This document shows positions 29,165 through 43,729 of a stretch of DNA of 64,000 bases, piece after piece. A program made the position numbers and the translations under genes. The DNA is from Octopus vulgaris. Its lineage: Eukaryota. Positions within the stretch are counted from its first letter, which is position 1, and each line of letters opens with the position of its first letter. Under the pieces are notes generated by a model. That model did not search any database. It worked only from the letters and a program-made list of their open reading frames with translations, and was not told the DNA's origin. The stretch is taken from contig OX597824.1 of the NCBI GenBank assembly GCA_951406725.2, positions 29,202,001 to 29,266,000 on the forward strand, given 5' to 3'.

Positions 29165-30765
29165 GTGTACCACCCACCACTGCACCTTTACATTACCCTG
29201 TACCACGTTACCACCATCGACGTTACAAACCACAAGCACATTCGTCACTTCTATCACCACCACCACCACCACCACCACCATTTCTAGCCCCAAAACATCA
29301 TCGCCACCATCGCCACCATGGCCAAATGTTTTCTCTATTTTCACAATTTTATTAGCAAAAGTATTGACAAAAGTACCGCAGCTAGCACCACCACCACCAC
29401 CACCACCAGCACCACCACCACCACCATCACCGCCACCACCGCCGCCGCCGCCGCCACCACAACCGACACCACTACAACCACCACATTCACCACTACCAAT
29501 GCCACCACTGCTGCTATCACCACCACCACCCACCACTACCATCAGTATCGTAACCATCAGCACCAACACCTTTACCATCACCACCACTACAGCCACCACG
29601 TGTATCAGCCTCACCTCTACTGTCATTGCATGCATCATCGCAAGGACCACCATCATCACCACCACCACCACCACCATCGCCACCACCATCGCCACCACCA
29701 TCACCACCACGACCAGTACCGCCGACGCCACCAACACCACCAGAATCACACTACAAGCATCACAACCGTTACACTATAGCTAACTCCATCAAATCCATCG
29801 ACGCCACCACCACCATCGCCATCACCACCACTATCGGCACCACCACCATCACCGCCACCGACCAGTACCGCCGACGCCACCAACACCACCAGAATCACAC
29901 CACAAGCATCACTACAATTACAGTACGGCCACCACCATCACCGCCATCGACGCCACCACCAGCACCAGCACCATCGCCACCACCACCATCGCCACCACCA
30001 CCATCACCATCACCATCCACTGACCAGTACCGCCGCCGCCACCAACACCACCAGAATCACACCTCAAGCATCACTGCCATTACACTACAGCCACCACCAT
30101 CACCGCCATCGATGCCACCACCACCACCACTATCGGCACCACCACCATCACCACCATGACCAGTACCGCCACCAACACCACCAGAATCACACCACAAGCA
30201 TCACTACCATTACACTACAGCCACCACCATCACTGCCATTGATGTCACCACCACCACAACAATCGCCACCACCACACCGTCGGAACCACCACCATTACCA
30301 TCACTGACCAGTACCGCCGCCGCCACCAATACCACAAGAATCACACCACAAGTATCTCTACCATTACACTACAGCCACCACCATCGCCGCCATCGACGCC
30401 ACCATCACCATCAACACCACCATCAACACCACCACCACAACCACTACTGCAACCCTTATAATCAGCATGCTCATTACACATATCTTCCCACACCGCCATT
30501 ATGAACAACATCACTACAATCATCATCACCATCACCAACAACAACAATAACTACATCATCTGCTATGCTATCATAGCTGTCCGTTATCACAGTTTCGTCA
30601 CACCCGGCACCAAAGCTAACACCTCACCAACAACACTGTAGCCACAGACACGCTACCACCATCACTACTACTATAACCACATCAACCTCACGGCACCTCC
30701 ACCACCACCACCACAATCACCATCACAATGAACATGACCAAATCTCCCAGCACCACCATCACCAC
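29165..30765. repeat. (CCA)n-derived low-complexity region with a ~150-bp minisatellite
   Basis: Anchor GACCAGTACCGCC..CACCAGAATCACA recurs at 29711, 29860, 30022, 30158 and 30306. Confidence 0.9.
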
Positions 30766-30906
30766 GGAGTTCTAGCCAAATTTCAGAGGTAGGCAAGAAG
30801 GGTTATCGATAATAACGTCCGTTTCGGTGTGATGTGGCATATAATCAAAATATCGAAGTAATCGTGGGATTTCGGAATGTTGTTTATCTGGAGAATGAGG
30901 TGGTCT

Positions 30907-30981
<75 letters not shown>

Positions 30982-31655
30982 AAGAAAGAAAGAAGGTAAT
31001 GGAGGAAAGGAAGAGAGATTCGGAGTGATATCTCCATGAAATATACATCAGTCCATCTCTCACAGATGAAAACATCCATAACTCACTTTTCTTCACCTCA
31101 TCTCAATTTTTAATTTCTCTTCATTAATTCAGACTTCACACACACTTACACAAATGCACACGCGTACACACACACACAGACGTACACACGTACACACACG
31201 CACAAACATACATATGCACGCACACACACACAGTCACACACATGTACACATTCACACACGCACACATACACACGTGTACGCAGTCCGACTCTGTCTCTGT
31301 CAGTTAGATTTATGTATTTATTACGTTTTTACATTTTCGTTTTCTTTATATAATGTATTTATGTATTCCATAAATTTGTATAGTTTTGATATCTTTGTTT
31401 TATATTCTAAGATTACTTATCAGTTGATTTTTTTTCTTTTTTCTGTTGGTTTCTTTTATATTTTCTGTATATATTTGTGCCGGTAGCATGGAGTAAAGAT
31501 ATACAGAAGTTACTCTTTCGTTTTTCTCTCATACCTGTTTTTAATTTCATACCTCTAACTCTATGTTCAACTTACTTCCTAAAACTGCTAACTCCTACAG
31601 CCTCTCTCTCAATACCACACGTGCTCATAAGGACATGCACATAAAAAATGTAATA

Positions 31656-31885
31656 TATTTCTTTACTGCCAACAGGGGGCTAAACACAGAGGGGACAAAC
31701 AAGGACAGACAAACGGATTAAGTCGATTACATCGACCCCAGTGAACTGGTACTTACTTTATCGACCCCGAAAGGATGAAAGGCAAAGTCGACCTCGGCGG
31801 AATTTGAACTCAGAACATAAATATAGACGAAATACGGCTACGCATTTCGCCCGGCGTGCTAACGTTTCTGCCAGCTCGCCGCCTT
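31656..31885 (-). mobile_element. SINE family A monomer with TSD
   Basis: Direct repeat ACATAAAAAATGTAATA at 31639-31655 and 31886-31902. Confidence 0.92.
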
Positions 31886-32066
31886 ACATAAAAAATGTAA
31901 TAATCTACTTGAGTTTCGCCTAAAACTAAGAGTGACCGATTGCAATCCGCCGCCAGGCGAAACTAGTTGAATGTCCTTTCTGTGGGATAATATATATGTT
32001 TGTAGGCATGTCTTAAAACGTTGTAATACGAAGTAGGAAAATAAATGAAAAGAGAAAGGAAAGCTT

Positions 32067-32276
32067 CTAACAAGGCAGAAAATTTAAAAACCTTTATATT
32101 TCGGGCGCAAAGGCCCATTTTCAGAAGTATACTGTCAAAGAAACGTGTATTTACATAGATTCTGCCATTTTTATATAGACTTTAGATCTATGTAAACATA
32201 TATTTCTTTGAGTGTATACTTCTGAAGATAGGCCTTGCGCCTGAAGTATAAATTTAAAAACATTCTGCATTGTTAG
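32067..32276. repeat. Imperfect inverted repeat (~92-bp arms, 25-bp spacer), Penelope-like
   Basis: 32067-32160 pairs with 32186-32276; the arms carry CTGAA(G/A)A..GGC..GCC.GAA. Confidence 0.75.
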
Positions 32277-33031
32277 AGTCGAGAGTGGTGCCAACTTTTT
32301 TCCGTCTTATTAGGGTAAATACCCAATATTTCTCTACTGCTCTTATAGATTTACTGCGTTGGAAATTCACTTTTCCATCAGCAATATGTGTGTGTGTGTG
32401 TGTGTGCGCGCGTGCGTGCGGGTGCATGCTTGTGCGAGCGTACGCGTCGGATTACGCACTCGCATGTATGCTTGTTCATGCGTCAACCAACGTCTATGTA
32501 TACGCTTGTGTGAGTCAAGATACGTATGTATGTATGTATATAGATATGTATATAGATATGTATGTATATATATATATATATATATACGTTATATATATAC
32601 ATGCATACGTATATAATATATATATATATATATGTATATATGCATACATATACATTTATATATGAAGGTACAAATGAAGAAATATAGACGATAAAAGATG
32701 TGGACAGAGAATAGGTGGTGGGGAAATTATTAAAAAATAATAGAAAGATAAATTATTCGTGCGATATTCATTTTGTTTCTGTTAATGTTTACAAAATGTG
32801 CACCTACAGATGATGTTACCTGCTGTTAGTAATTAACTAAATAACAAAAACACATACAAAAATGCACGTGCCAATGTGTAAGTGTAACCTAGATAGCTTC
32901 ACATGTATATATATATGGATATATATATATATATATATATGCCTTTACATAAGAATGTGTATATACCTAAACATTGACATACGCATATGACTGTATGTAA
33001 ATATACGCAGTCATATCTATCTATCTGTCTG

Positions 33032-33161
<130 letters not shown>

Positions 33162-33271
33162 GATCAATCTATCTATCTATTTATCTGTCTGTCTGTCTGT
33201 CCGTCTATCTATCTATTTATATATCAATCTCTCTATCTTTTCCTTTCTCTCTCTATCCCTCTACGTATATA

Positions 33272-34404
33272 CAGTGGTTGGACAAAATAATGGTAACATC
33301 AAAATTTCATAGCATCATAATTTTGAAATATCTATAAAAACATCAAAAGCTTGTTTAGTTTTATGTTTATTTATTTATTTATGAATAGTGTTGCTTTATA
33401 TGTTTTGCTAAACTTGCTGTTTCTCTTCAGATATCATCAGAGAAAGATAATTAAATTTCATTAAAATGACAGATCTATCAGACTTTCAAAGAGATCAAAT
33501 TGTTGGTGCTAGCATAACGAAAATAGCCAAAATGTTTTTGTATCCAGAAGTACTGTCTCAAAAACAATGACAGCCTTTGAGATAGGGACTGTCGGACTCT
33601 TACGCGAATTTTTAGAAAGGATCGCAAAAGTACAGCTCCCAATATTACTGCTTAACTTAATGACCACCTCGAAAACCCAGTTTCCACAAAAACTGTTCAC
33701 CGGGTGCTGCACAAAACATTTAGAGTGGAGTAAAAACCTACAGCAACCTAGATCAGTGTGACAATGTTATTTTCTCGGACGAGTCATCCTTTACCTTATT
33801 TCCGACCACCGGCCGAGTATACGTGTGGCGATAGCCAAAAGAAGCATTTGACACAGACTGCATTCTTACAACTGTTAAACATGGAGGAGGATCAGTGATG
33901 ATCTTGGAGGCTATATCTTGGAAATACGCTGGCCCAATGATTTCCTTTCGTGGCAGAATTAATACTCAAGACTATTTGAGCATTTTATCTCATCAAATTC
34001 ATCCTATGGTTGTGAAACTACTTCCGGATGGAAGTACAATCTTTCAGGATGATAATGCACCAATTCATACAGCTAAATTTGTTACTGAATGGCACGAGGA
34101 ACATTCTAGTGAAGTTGAACAACTTATCTGGCCAGCACAGTTCCCAGATCTCAATATTATTGAACACTTATGGTGCATTTTAGAAAAACAAGAAGCTGAT
34201 ATCCTCCACCATCATCATTACAAGAACTGGAGGCTGTTTTAGCTGAAGAATGGAGAAAAATTCCTTTGGAAATAATTCAAACTTTGTACGAGTCCATACC
34301 TCGTAGAATTCAAGCTGTAATTACTGCCAAAGATGGTCCTACCCCCTATTAAAATAAATTTGCTTGAAATTTTAAAGTGTTTCCATTATTTTGTCCAACC
34401 CCTG
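33272..34404 (+). mobile_element. Tc1-like DNA transposon, near full length, inactive
   Basis: TIRs CAGTGGTTGGACAAAATAATGG and CCATTATTTTGTCCAACCCCTG, with TA on both sides. Confidence 0.95.
33466..34352 (+). pseudogene. Tc1-family transposase pseudogene (DD36E spacing)
   Basis: MTDLSDFQRDQIVGA, VIFSDES, TVKHGGGSVMI, FQDDNAPIH, WPAQFPDLNIIEHLW, GPTPY*; multiple frameshifts and stops. Confidence 0.92.
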
Positions 34405-35045
34405 TATATATATATATAGTATCGTACTATCAGCCCCAGTTTAGGTATTTAGAATATGTTCGTGACATATTTCAACATCTAAAGGCGAATACACTGCAGT
34501 TACCGTGGAGAAAAATTCTCCCTCATTGTAAAAAGGTGTAAAACCACCATATCTTTCCAGCGTCGCCTCGTGTAAGGATTCTCAGACATCGTTGTTTCTA
34601 GCACTTTATGATTGTACATTTTCGGTGTACGAGCATAATGTAGCCAGAATTTTCCAACTTTATTGAGTTGGTTGCAATTGACTGTCACACTATATTGAGA
34701 CATACTGAAATTTTTAGGTGTAACCCTCTCACTGGACCGTCCAGTGTCGAATCTGAAATCTGTTCTCTATAACTCCTCTCTACTCTCAATGACATAAGTT
34801 GGATCCTACATTCGATGCCACTTAAGCCTACTGTCATCTCGTAATTTCACCCCGAGTCCAACGACTTGAGAAAAAGAGATTCTTGGATACCATCGATCAC
34901 ATCCCTTGACTAGTAACTTATTTTCCGTGTCCCGAATGGATGAAAGATTAAGTTTATCACCGAAATATTTTAACTCAGAAAGTAAACAACCGGAAGAAAT
35001 GCAGTTAACATTTTATCCGACGGGCCAACGTCTCTGCCAGCACGC

Positions 35046-35080
<35 letters not shown>

Positions 35081-35126
35081 CATATGAGCTGGCAGAAGCG
35101 TGTATATATATATATGCATATATACA

Positions 35127-35159
<33 letters not shown>

Positions 35160-35999
35160 GTATACATACACACACACACATATATATATGTATATATGTA
35201 TATATACACACATATATATACGCACAAAATATACAGGGAGAAGCAGGTATGCTACACACTAGCTCACTACAGACTTATACCGTTGGACCAATCTCAACTC
35301 AAAGGCACCGCCCTAACAGAATCATTAGCGAGTTGGACAAAATACTTAGAGGTATTCCTTTGCTTTTATACATTCGGGGTTCGAGAACATAAAGTACTAA
35401 TGAATTAGTGGCGGTCTATGAAATGTACTTGCCTACATTCTCTCAAGATTGGTGGCCTTTGAGCCCTGCAACGAATAGGCATCTCTCTAAGAAAGAATGC
35501 TGGGATTTCGGTCACTTAAACGCCACTGAATAACGGGTTACTGACCTCATAAGTCCTAAAGCCCGAAAGTATGAAAAAATCTCCCCAAACTATTATAAAA
35601 ACAAACAAAATTTCAGGAAAATGCTGAAGAAAGCAAAAGAATCCGCAGCCAACGTGCAAGGGCTCACCACCGTTGTGTGGTAAGAGTATGTACCGAAAAT
35701 AAAAATAACGAAAAATTTTAATTATAGCAATTATTATTATCTTTTATATTGTAATCGCTATTGTTATTGATATTATTATTCATAACACGTTTCCAAATAA
35801 CTGCTTGCTCCGAATGTTATTTTTATTTACTTATTTATTTATTCATTTATTTAGTAATATTATTTTCTTTATTCCTTGGTTATTTTATGATTTGCATAAT
35901 TTTTCGTGATTTCTTTAAAGTCAAAGGTCAAGAGAAGAAGAAAGTTCCAGAAACAGTGTAGGGACCATATGGACATACAGGCCTATGCAGGATTCTTCC

Positions 36000-36800
<801 letters not shown>

Positions 36801-37013
36801 AGCTGCTACACTAGCAGCAACAGTAGTGGGTGTTATGATAGAAGTGGTATTCGGTTATCATCAGCATTAACACTTACATAAATTAACTAATGCGGTGATC
36901 GAAGTGTGTGTGTATATATATATATATATAATGTGATAATTATAAAAAAAAGTGACAACAAAAGTATGAGACCTCGATATTAGGTAAATAGAGGGTATTT
37001 ATTCATATATAAG

Positions 37014-37135
37014 TAGTTTAGGATTATCAGTAAATGGTCATACTTAGTGTTTCAAATGGCGGAGCTAAGAGCTCTTAACTCCGGCATTTGAAACTCCGAG
37101 TACTATTATGACAACTCACTGATTATCCTAAACTA
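37014..37135. repeat. Spacer-free imperfect palindrome (~60-bp arms)
   Basis: Centre AAGAG|CTCTT at 37071/37072; outer ends TAGTTTAGGAT and ATCCTAAACTA. Confidence 0.8.
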
Positions 37136-37235
37136 TACATACATATATGTATATATACACATATAATATATATATATATCTGACTGATTGATAGACAGAT
37201 GGATATAGATAGGTAGGTAGAAAGGGTTGCATTAT

Positions 37236-37317
<82 letters not shown>

Positions 37318-37872
37318 TAGTGAAAATTATGTATGTGTGTGTGTATTTTCATATGCTATCACTGTCGTAATGATAATATTTCCATAATAATGTCTTACAT
37401 TCTATGATAAATATGCTGGCTGAATTCTGTGTAAATGAGTTTACGTGTGCATGTGCGTTTGTGTGTGTGTGTGTATATATATACATACACATACATATAT
37501 AAATAGATACATACACACATACATACATACATACACATATATCTGCGTGTATGCGTTTGTGTATTTAGGGATGTATTTCGCTTCTTAGTTGAAGGAATTG
37601 ACCTCGTCACGTTGCATATAATTCTGTGGCTTGGAATGATGACAAATAACGAAATATAATTAAACAATAATTTCTGGACACGCTATTAGCAGCAGCAGCT
37701 GCAGCAGTAGCAACAACAACAACAGTAACAACAACGACGACGAGGATGACGAGAAGGAATGAGGACACCACCACAAACAAAAATTTTATTATCGTCACTC
37801 TCATCAACAACAAAATGAAAACAATGAAATATATATACATACACATACACACACACACACACAGTTATATAA

Positions 37873-37927
<55 letters not shown>

Positions 37928-38471
37928 CAATATTGCAGCTGCAGTAAGAAGAACAAAAACATGCGTAATAAAGTAAATAAATGAAACGGCACAGGCAGCG
38001 AAAATTTAGCAATGGAAACGAAAAACGATTTTTAAAAAAAATCTTGTTAACAGATGTAGCACCACTAACAACAACAACAACAACAACAACAACAACGACA
38101 ATTGCAATAACACCAAATCCAAACAAATAAAATAAACATACAGCAAATAGCTGTACTAAATATGTTAATGTCGTGCAACAACGGGAAAGAAAAGACAAAA
38201 AAAAAATGGCGACGATACGTGAAAAAATATGTAATAATAATATTTGCGATATTTTTAATTTAAAGAAACTATGAAAAATTATCTGCCGATTCTTCTGTCT
38301 GCGATCACTTCTTTCTCTGCCTTCCATCTCTATATCTAGTTGTATTAATATATATTTTCTATTCTTCTGTTCTCACCCTTCTCCTCTCCCTCTTCGACCC
38401 TCGTGTCTGATACACTCTCTCCCTCATATACATATATATATACATATGTATATGTATGTGTATATATATAT

Positions 38472-38514
<43 letters not shown>

Positions 38515-38667
38515 GAGAGAGAGAGAGAGAAATACATACATACATACATAATATACACACATATGCCTATGCATACACACATACACTCACAAACACACAA
38601 ATATATGCGATTGTATAAATAGTGTAAATTATGATAGCAAAACGAAATATTGCCCTTGATAGCAATT

Positions 38668-38699
<32 letters not shown>

Positions 38700-38820
38700 T
38701 GTATGTATGTATGTATGTATGTATGTATATGTATGTATGTATGTATGTACGTATGTATGTATGTATGTATGTACGTACGTATGTATGTATGCATCTATCT
38801 ATCTATCTACCTATCAATAC

Positions 38821-38851
<31 letters not shown>

Positions 38852-38861
38852 CATACATACA

Positions 38862-38895
<34 letters not shown>

Positions 38896-39232
38896 CATAC
38901 ATACATATATATCCGTCACTATATATATATATATGTATCTACTAAGGTATATATGCATGGATGTATGTATATATGTGTCTTTGTATGTGTGTGTACATGT
39001 GAGTGTGTTGGAATGCGGACGTGTGTGTATTAATCTACGTACATAAGCATATATAGGTATGTATATATGTATACATGAACGTATATAAGTAGGTGTACGT
39101 ATGCATATTATGTGTGTGTATACACACACACACACACGCACATATATATATATGAGAATATGCATATTGATGCACATATTTATGATTATGTGTGTATATT
39201 CATATTTTTATTGATATATGTGTAAGTGTCAA

Positions 39233-39271
<39 letters not shown>

Positions 39272-39455
39272 TGTGTGTGTGTGTGTGTTCAGAGAGACGG
39301 AGAAAAAGAGAGGGAGAGGGACAGAGAGAGTCAAGGAGTGAGAAATTCGTATGTAAACCTGTGTAAGGGCAGGGGTTTTAAGGTGCTAAGTCTGTCATTA
39401 CGTTTCGACCCGTACAAACACTTACTTTACCGCACTTCCTCTTACTCCCTAAACA

Positions 39456-39519
<64 letters not shown>

Positions 39520-39817
39520 CATCTTGATCTGCAAATCTAATTCCTTCAAACTAGAAAAACCGCGTTTAGGTTGTTACTTCATGCTTGTGCTTAAGAAAAT
39601 ATTAAATAATTGTCACTCTTAATCACGCCTATGTGTGAGGTATATACACAAATATACTCACTCACACACACACACACATGTATGCACATACATATACATA
39701 TGTATGTAAATGCATATATATTTACACAGAGATACATACATACATAAATATATATATATATACATATATATGTATATGTATGTATATATATATATAGATG
39801 TTTACGTATATATATAC

Positions 39818-39874
<57 letters not shown>

Positions 39875-40394
39875 TATATATATAAATATATATATATTAA
39901 TATATATAGGTACTTATGTTTGTACGTATGTTTGCATGTTCATTTGTATGTGAGTGTGTATGCATGTATGTATGTATGTATGTATGTATGTATTATGTAT
40001 GTATGTATATCTGTATGTATGTATGTATGTATGTATGTATGTATGTATGTATGTATTTGTTTGTACACATGTACGTAGCCATTGAAGCACACGCACAAAT
40101 ACATTTACAGTTTTTCAGCCAAATCTTTCTGGCCTTGCGAAGATATATTTGTCATGCTGTCATTATGATCCTTGCATACAAAATAATGAATTAACGCTTG
40201 GATTAATCGAAAATAGTTTTCTTTAGACAAGCAAAATATCGAAATTAATTTAACAAAACTCATCTTATTAATTAAGATAACATTTCACTCTCATCTATCA
40301 CCGAATTTCTCGTCAGAAATAAAAAATTTAAAAAATACGATTGATAAATTAAAAAAAATAATGCTTGTTTATTTATTTGGTTCATATTTTTGTG

Positions 40395-40980
40395 CTCCTT
40401 GCAAAGATGGCGTAGAATTAAAGTGGCACTCCGTCAGTTACGACGATGAGTGTTCCAGGTGATCCGTTCAACGGAATAGCTTGCTCTATATAAGGCGGCG
40501 AGCTGGCAGTAACGTTAGCACACCGGGTGAAATGCTTAACGGTATTTCGTCTGCCAATACGTTCTGAGTTCAAATTCTGCCGAGGTCGACTTTGCCTTTC
40601 ATCCTTCCGGGGTCGATTAAATAAGTACCAGTTACGCACTGGAGTCGATATAATCGACTTAATCCGTGTGTCTGTCCTTGTTCGACCCCTCTGTGTTTAG
40701 CCCCTTGTGGGTAGTAAAGAAATAGGAATAGCTTGCTCTTGAAATTGACGTGCAAGTGGCTGACCACACCACAGTCATGTGTACTTTTAACGTAGTTCTT
40801 AGGGAGATTCAGCGTGACATAGAATGCGACAAGGCTGGCCATTTGAAATACAGGTATTTTTGCCAGTTGAGTGGACAGGAGCAACGTAAAATAAAGTGTC
40901 TTGCTCAAGGACAAACCGTGCCGCCGGGGCATCGAACGCACAACCTTGCGTCGATTACCCTAACCACTAAGCCACGCGCC
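40395..40980 (-). mobile_element. SINE family D interrupted by SINE A
   Basis: Minus-strand tRNA-like head at ~40980 followed by TGTCCTTGAGCAAGACACTTTATTTTACGTTGCTC. The left boundary is approximate. Confidence 0.6.
40488..40724 (+). mobile_element. SINE family A monomer with 15-bp TSD
   Basis: GGAATAGCTTGCTCT at 40473-40487 and 40725-40739. Confidence 0.92.
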
Positions 40981-41379
40981 TTTGCTGGCGTAAAAGTATG
41001 CACAATTAGTCCTAATATAAGCACGCACAAGCCCTGAAACTTTTGGGGAGGTGTGCTCTTCGATTACTTCGGGCCGAGTCCTGAATTGTTACTTATTTTA
41101 TCGACCCCGAACGGATGAAAAGTAAAGTCGACCTCAACGGTATTTCAATTCAAAGCGAAAACACGAGCGAAGTGGTGCTCAGAATTTTGTCCGGTGCAGC
41201 AACGATGGCCTTTCATCCTTGTGGGGTCGATAAATTAAGTACCGATGAAGCAATGGAGGCGATGCAATCGACTACTCCCCCCTCCCCCAAATTTCAGGTC
41301 TTGTGCCTATAATAGAAAGGATTATTATAATAATGTTTATGAACAAATGTTTGAAATGTTATTTATTTGTTTCCTACAG

Positions 41380-41545
41380 AGGCACAGGAGTGGCTGTGTG
41401 GTAAGTAGCTGGCTTACCAACCACATGGTTCCGGGTTCAGTCCCACTGCGTGGCACCTTGGGTAAGTGTCTTCAATTATAGCCTCGGGCCGACCAAGGCC
41501 TTGTGAGTGGATTTGGTAGACGGAAACTGAAAGAAGCCCGTCGTA

Positions 41546-41611
<66 letters not shown>

Positions 41612-41833
41612 AGTATATGTTTACGTGTCTGTGTTTGTTCCCCCAGCATCGCTTGACAACCGATGGTGGTGTATTTACGTCCTTGTAATTTAGCGGTTTG
41701 GCAAACGAGATCCGAGAGAATAAGTACTAAGGTTTACAAAGAATAAGTCCTGGGATCGATTTGCTAGACTAAAAGCGGTGCTCCAGCATGGCCGCAGTCA
41801 AATGACATAAACAAGTAAAAGGGTAAATGAGTA
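41380..41833 (+). mobile_element. SINE family B
   Basis: Well-preserved full copy with internal (TA)n(TG)n. Confidence 0.9.
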
Positions 41834-41904
41834 CGTTAAAGTCTATTTGTTTAAGTTAGTATTTCATCATTCATTCTGTGTTTTTCTTCTTTTTACACGT
41901 TCCA

Positions 41905-42870
41905 ACTTTGGCAGAAGGTCAACAATTTTGCTGGAAAAAATATATCGATCACATCGATCCCTGGGTTCATCAACTGGTAACTATTTTATTGACCCCTCAA
42001 AGGATGAAAGGCAAAGTTGACCACGGTGACATTTGAAATCAGAACATAAAAGTGTGAGGAAACGGCACGTAGTATTTTCCCCGCTGCGTAAGCACTTTGC
42101 TAGCTCGCCGACTAGTTTTTATATACAATAATAGTTTCAAATTTTGGCACAAGGCCAGCAATTGTTTTAGATAGGAGTATGTGTATTACATCGACCCAAG
42201 GGTTCAACTTGCAATTTTTTTATTGACTCCGACGGAATGAAAGCTAATTGACTCTTCTGATGAAATGTCTCTAAACATTCTGCCCGGCGTGCTAACGATA
42301 CTTATTTCTTTATTGCCCACAAGGAGCTAAACACAGAAGTGACAAACAAGGACAGACAAACAGATTAAGTCGATTACATCGACCCCAGTGCGTAACTGGT
42401 ACTTAATTTATCGACCTCGGCGGAATTTGAACTCAGATTGTAACGGCAGACGAAATACCTATTTATTTACTACCCACAAAGGGTAAAACATAGAGGGGAC
42501 AAACAAGGACAGACAAATGGATTAAGTCGATTATATCGACACCAGTGCGTAACAGGTACTTAATTTATCAACAGCGAAAGGATGAAAGGCAAAGTCGACC
42601 CCGGCGAAATTTGAACTCCGAACGTAGCGGCTGAAGAAATACCTATTTCTTTACTACCCACAAGGGGCTAAATACAGAGAGGACAAACAAGGACAGACAA
42701 ACGGATTAAATCTATTACATCGGCTCCAGTGCGTAAGTGGTACTTAATTTATCGACCCTATAAGGATGGAAGGCAAAGTCGACCTCGGCGGAATTTGAAC
42801 TCAGGATGTAACGGCAGACGAAATACGGCTAAGCATTTCGCCCGGCGTGCTAACGATTCTGCCAGCGTGC
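41905..42870 (-). mobile_element. SINE family A cluster including a multimer (42280-42870)
   Basis: Tandem units in reverse complement. Confidence 0.85.
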
Positions 42871-43287
42871 CATCTTGCTTTTACATTGGATATTACATTC
42901 AGAATTTGACACAAAGCTACCAAGTTTGGTTGACGTGGCAAGTCGATTATATCGATTCCGGTACTCAGTTTATTATTAATTTAAACTAATTTAAATCAAA
43001 ATACTTCTTTGTTTTGATTCACTTATAAGATTGTGCCCATGCTGGGGCACCAACTCGAGGGTTGTCATCATCGATCAAATCTGATCACGTACTTAGAATT
43101 TTTTAAAAGTCTAGTGCAAATTCTGTTAGAGATTTTTTTTTCAGCTGAACAGCTGTGTTACAGAAAGTAAACAAAGAAACACCGGTTGACAAGCAGAGAG
43201 ATACAACATTCCAATCCGCAGCCTCTATACCCTTGTACACACACACACACACACGTATATGTATAAGTATATATATATGTGTGTATA

Positions 43288-43374
<87 letters not shown>

Positions 43375-43422
43375 AATAAATGAAAGAATGTAGTTGAACG
43401 ACGATTTAACAAAATTCCTTTA

Positions 43423-43505
43423 TTCTCGGCATATGTTTCGAAGACTACATATTCCTAATTTCGAAGGAATAAGGGGTGCATTATGCCGCCTTCTCATCAG
43501 GAAAG
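43423..43505 (-). ncRNA. Mirror hammerhead copy, probably inactive
   Basis: Same architecture on the minus strand, but the triplet reads GCC instead of GUC. Confidence 0.55.
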
Positions 43506-43729
43506 ACAAGGATCTTATGTCAGCATCATGATGAACAAAAACCTTTAGATGACTGCCCACACGGAGTCCATAGCGATAATGAGTGTTTCTTTAAAATATT
43601 CCGTTATAAGCAGTGACGTCACTGCTTATAACGGAATATTTTAAAGAAACACTCATTATCGCTATGGGCTCCGTGTGGGCAGTCATCTAAAAGTTTGTGT
43701 GCATCATGATGCTGACATAAGTTCCTTAC

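Noticed and set aside
41380-41450. tRNA-like A and B boxes
   Set aside because: SINE heads that run into SINE body; no complete cloverleaf, so not called as tRNA genes.
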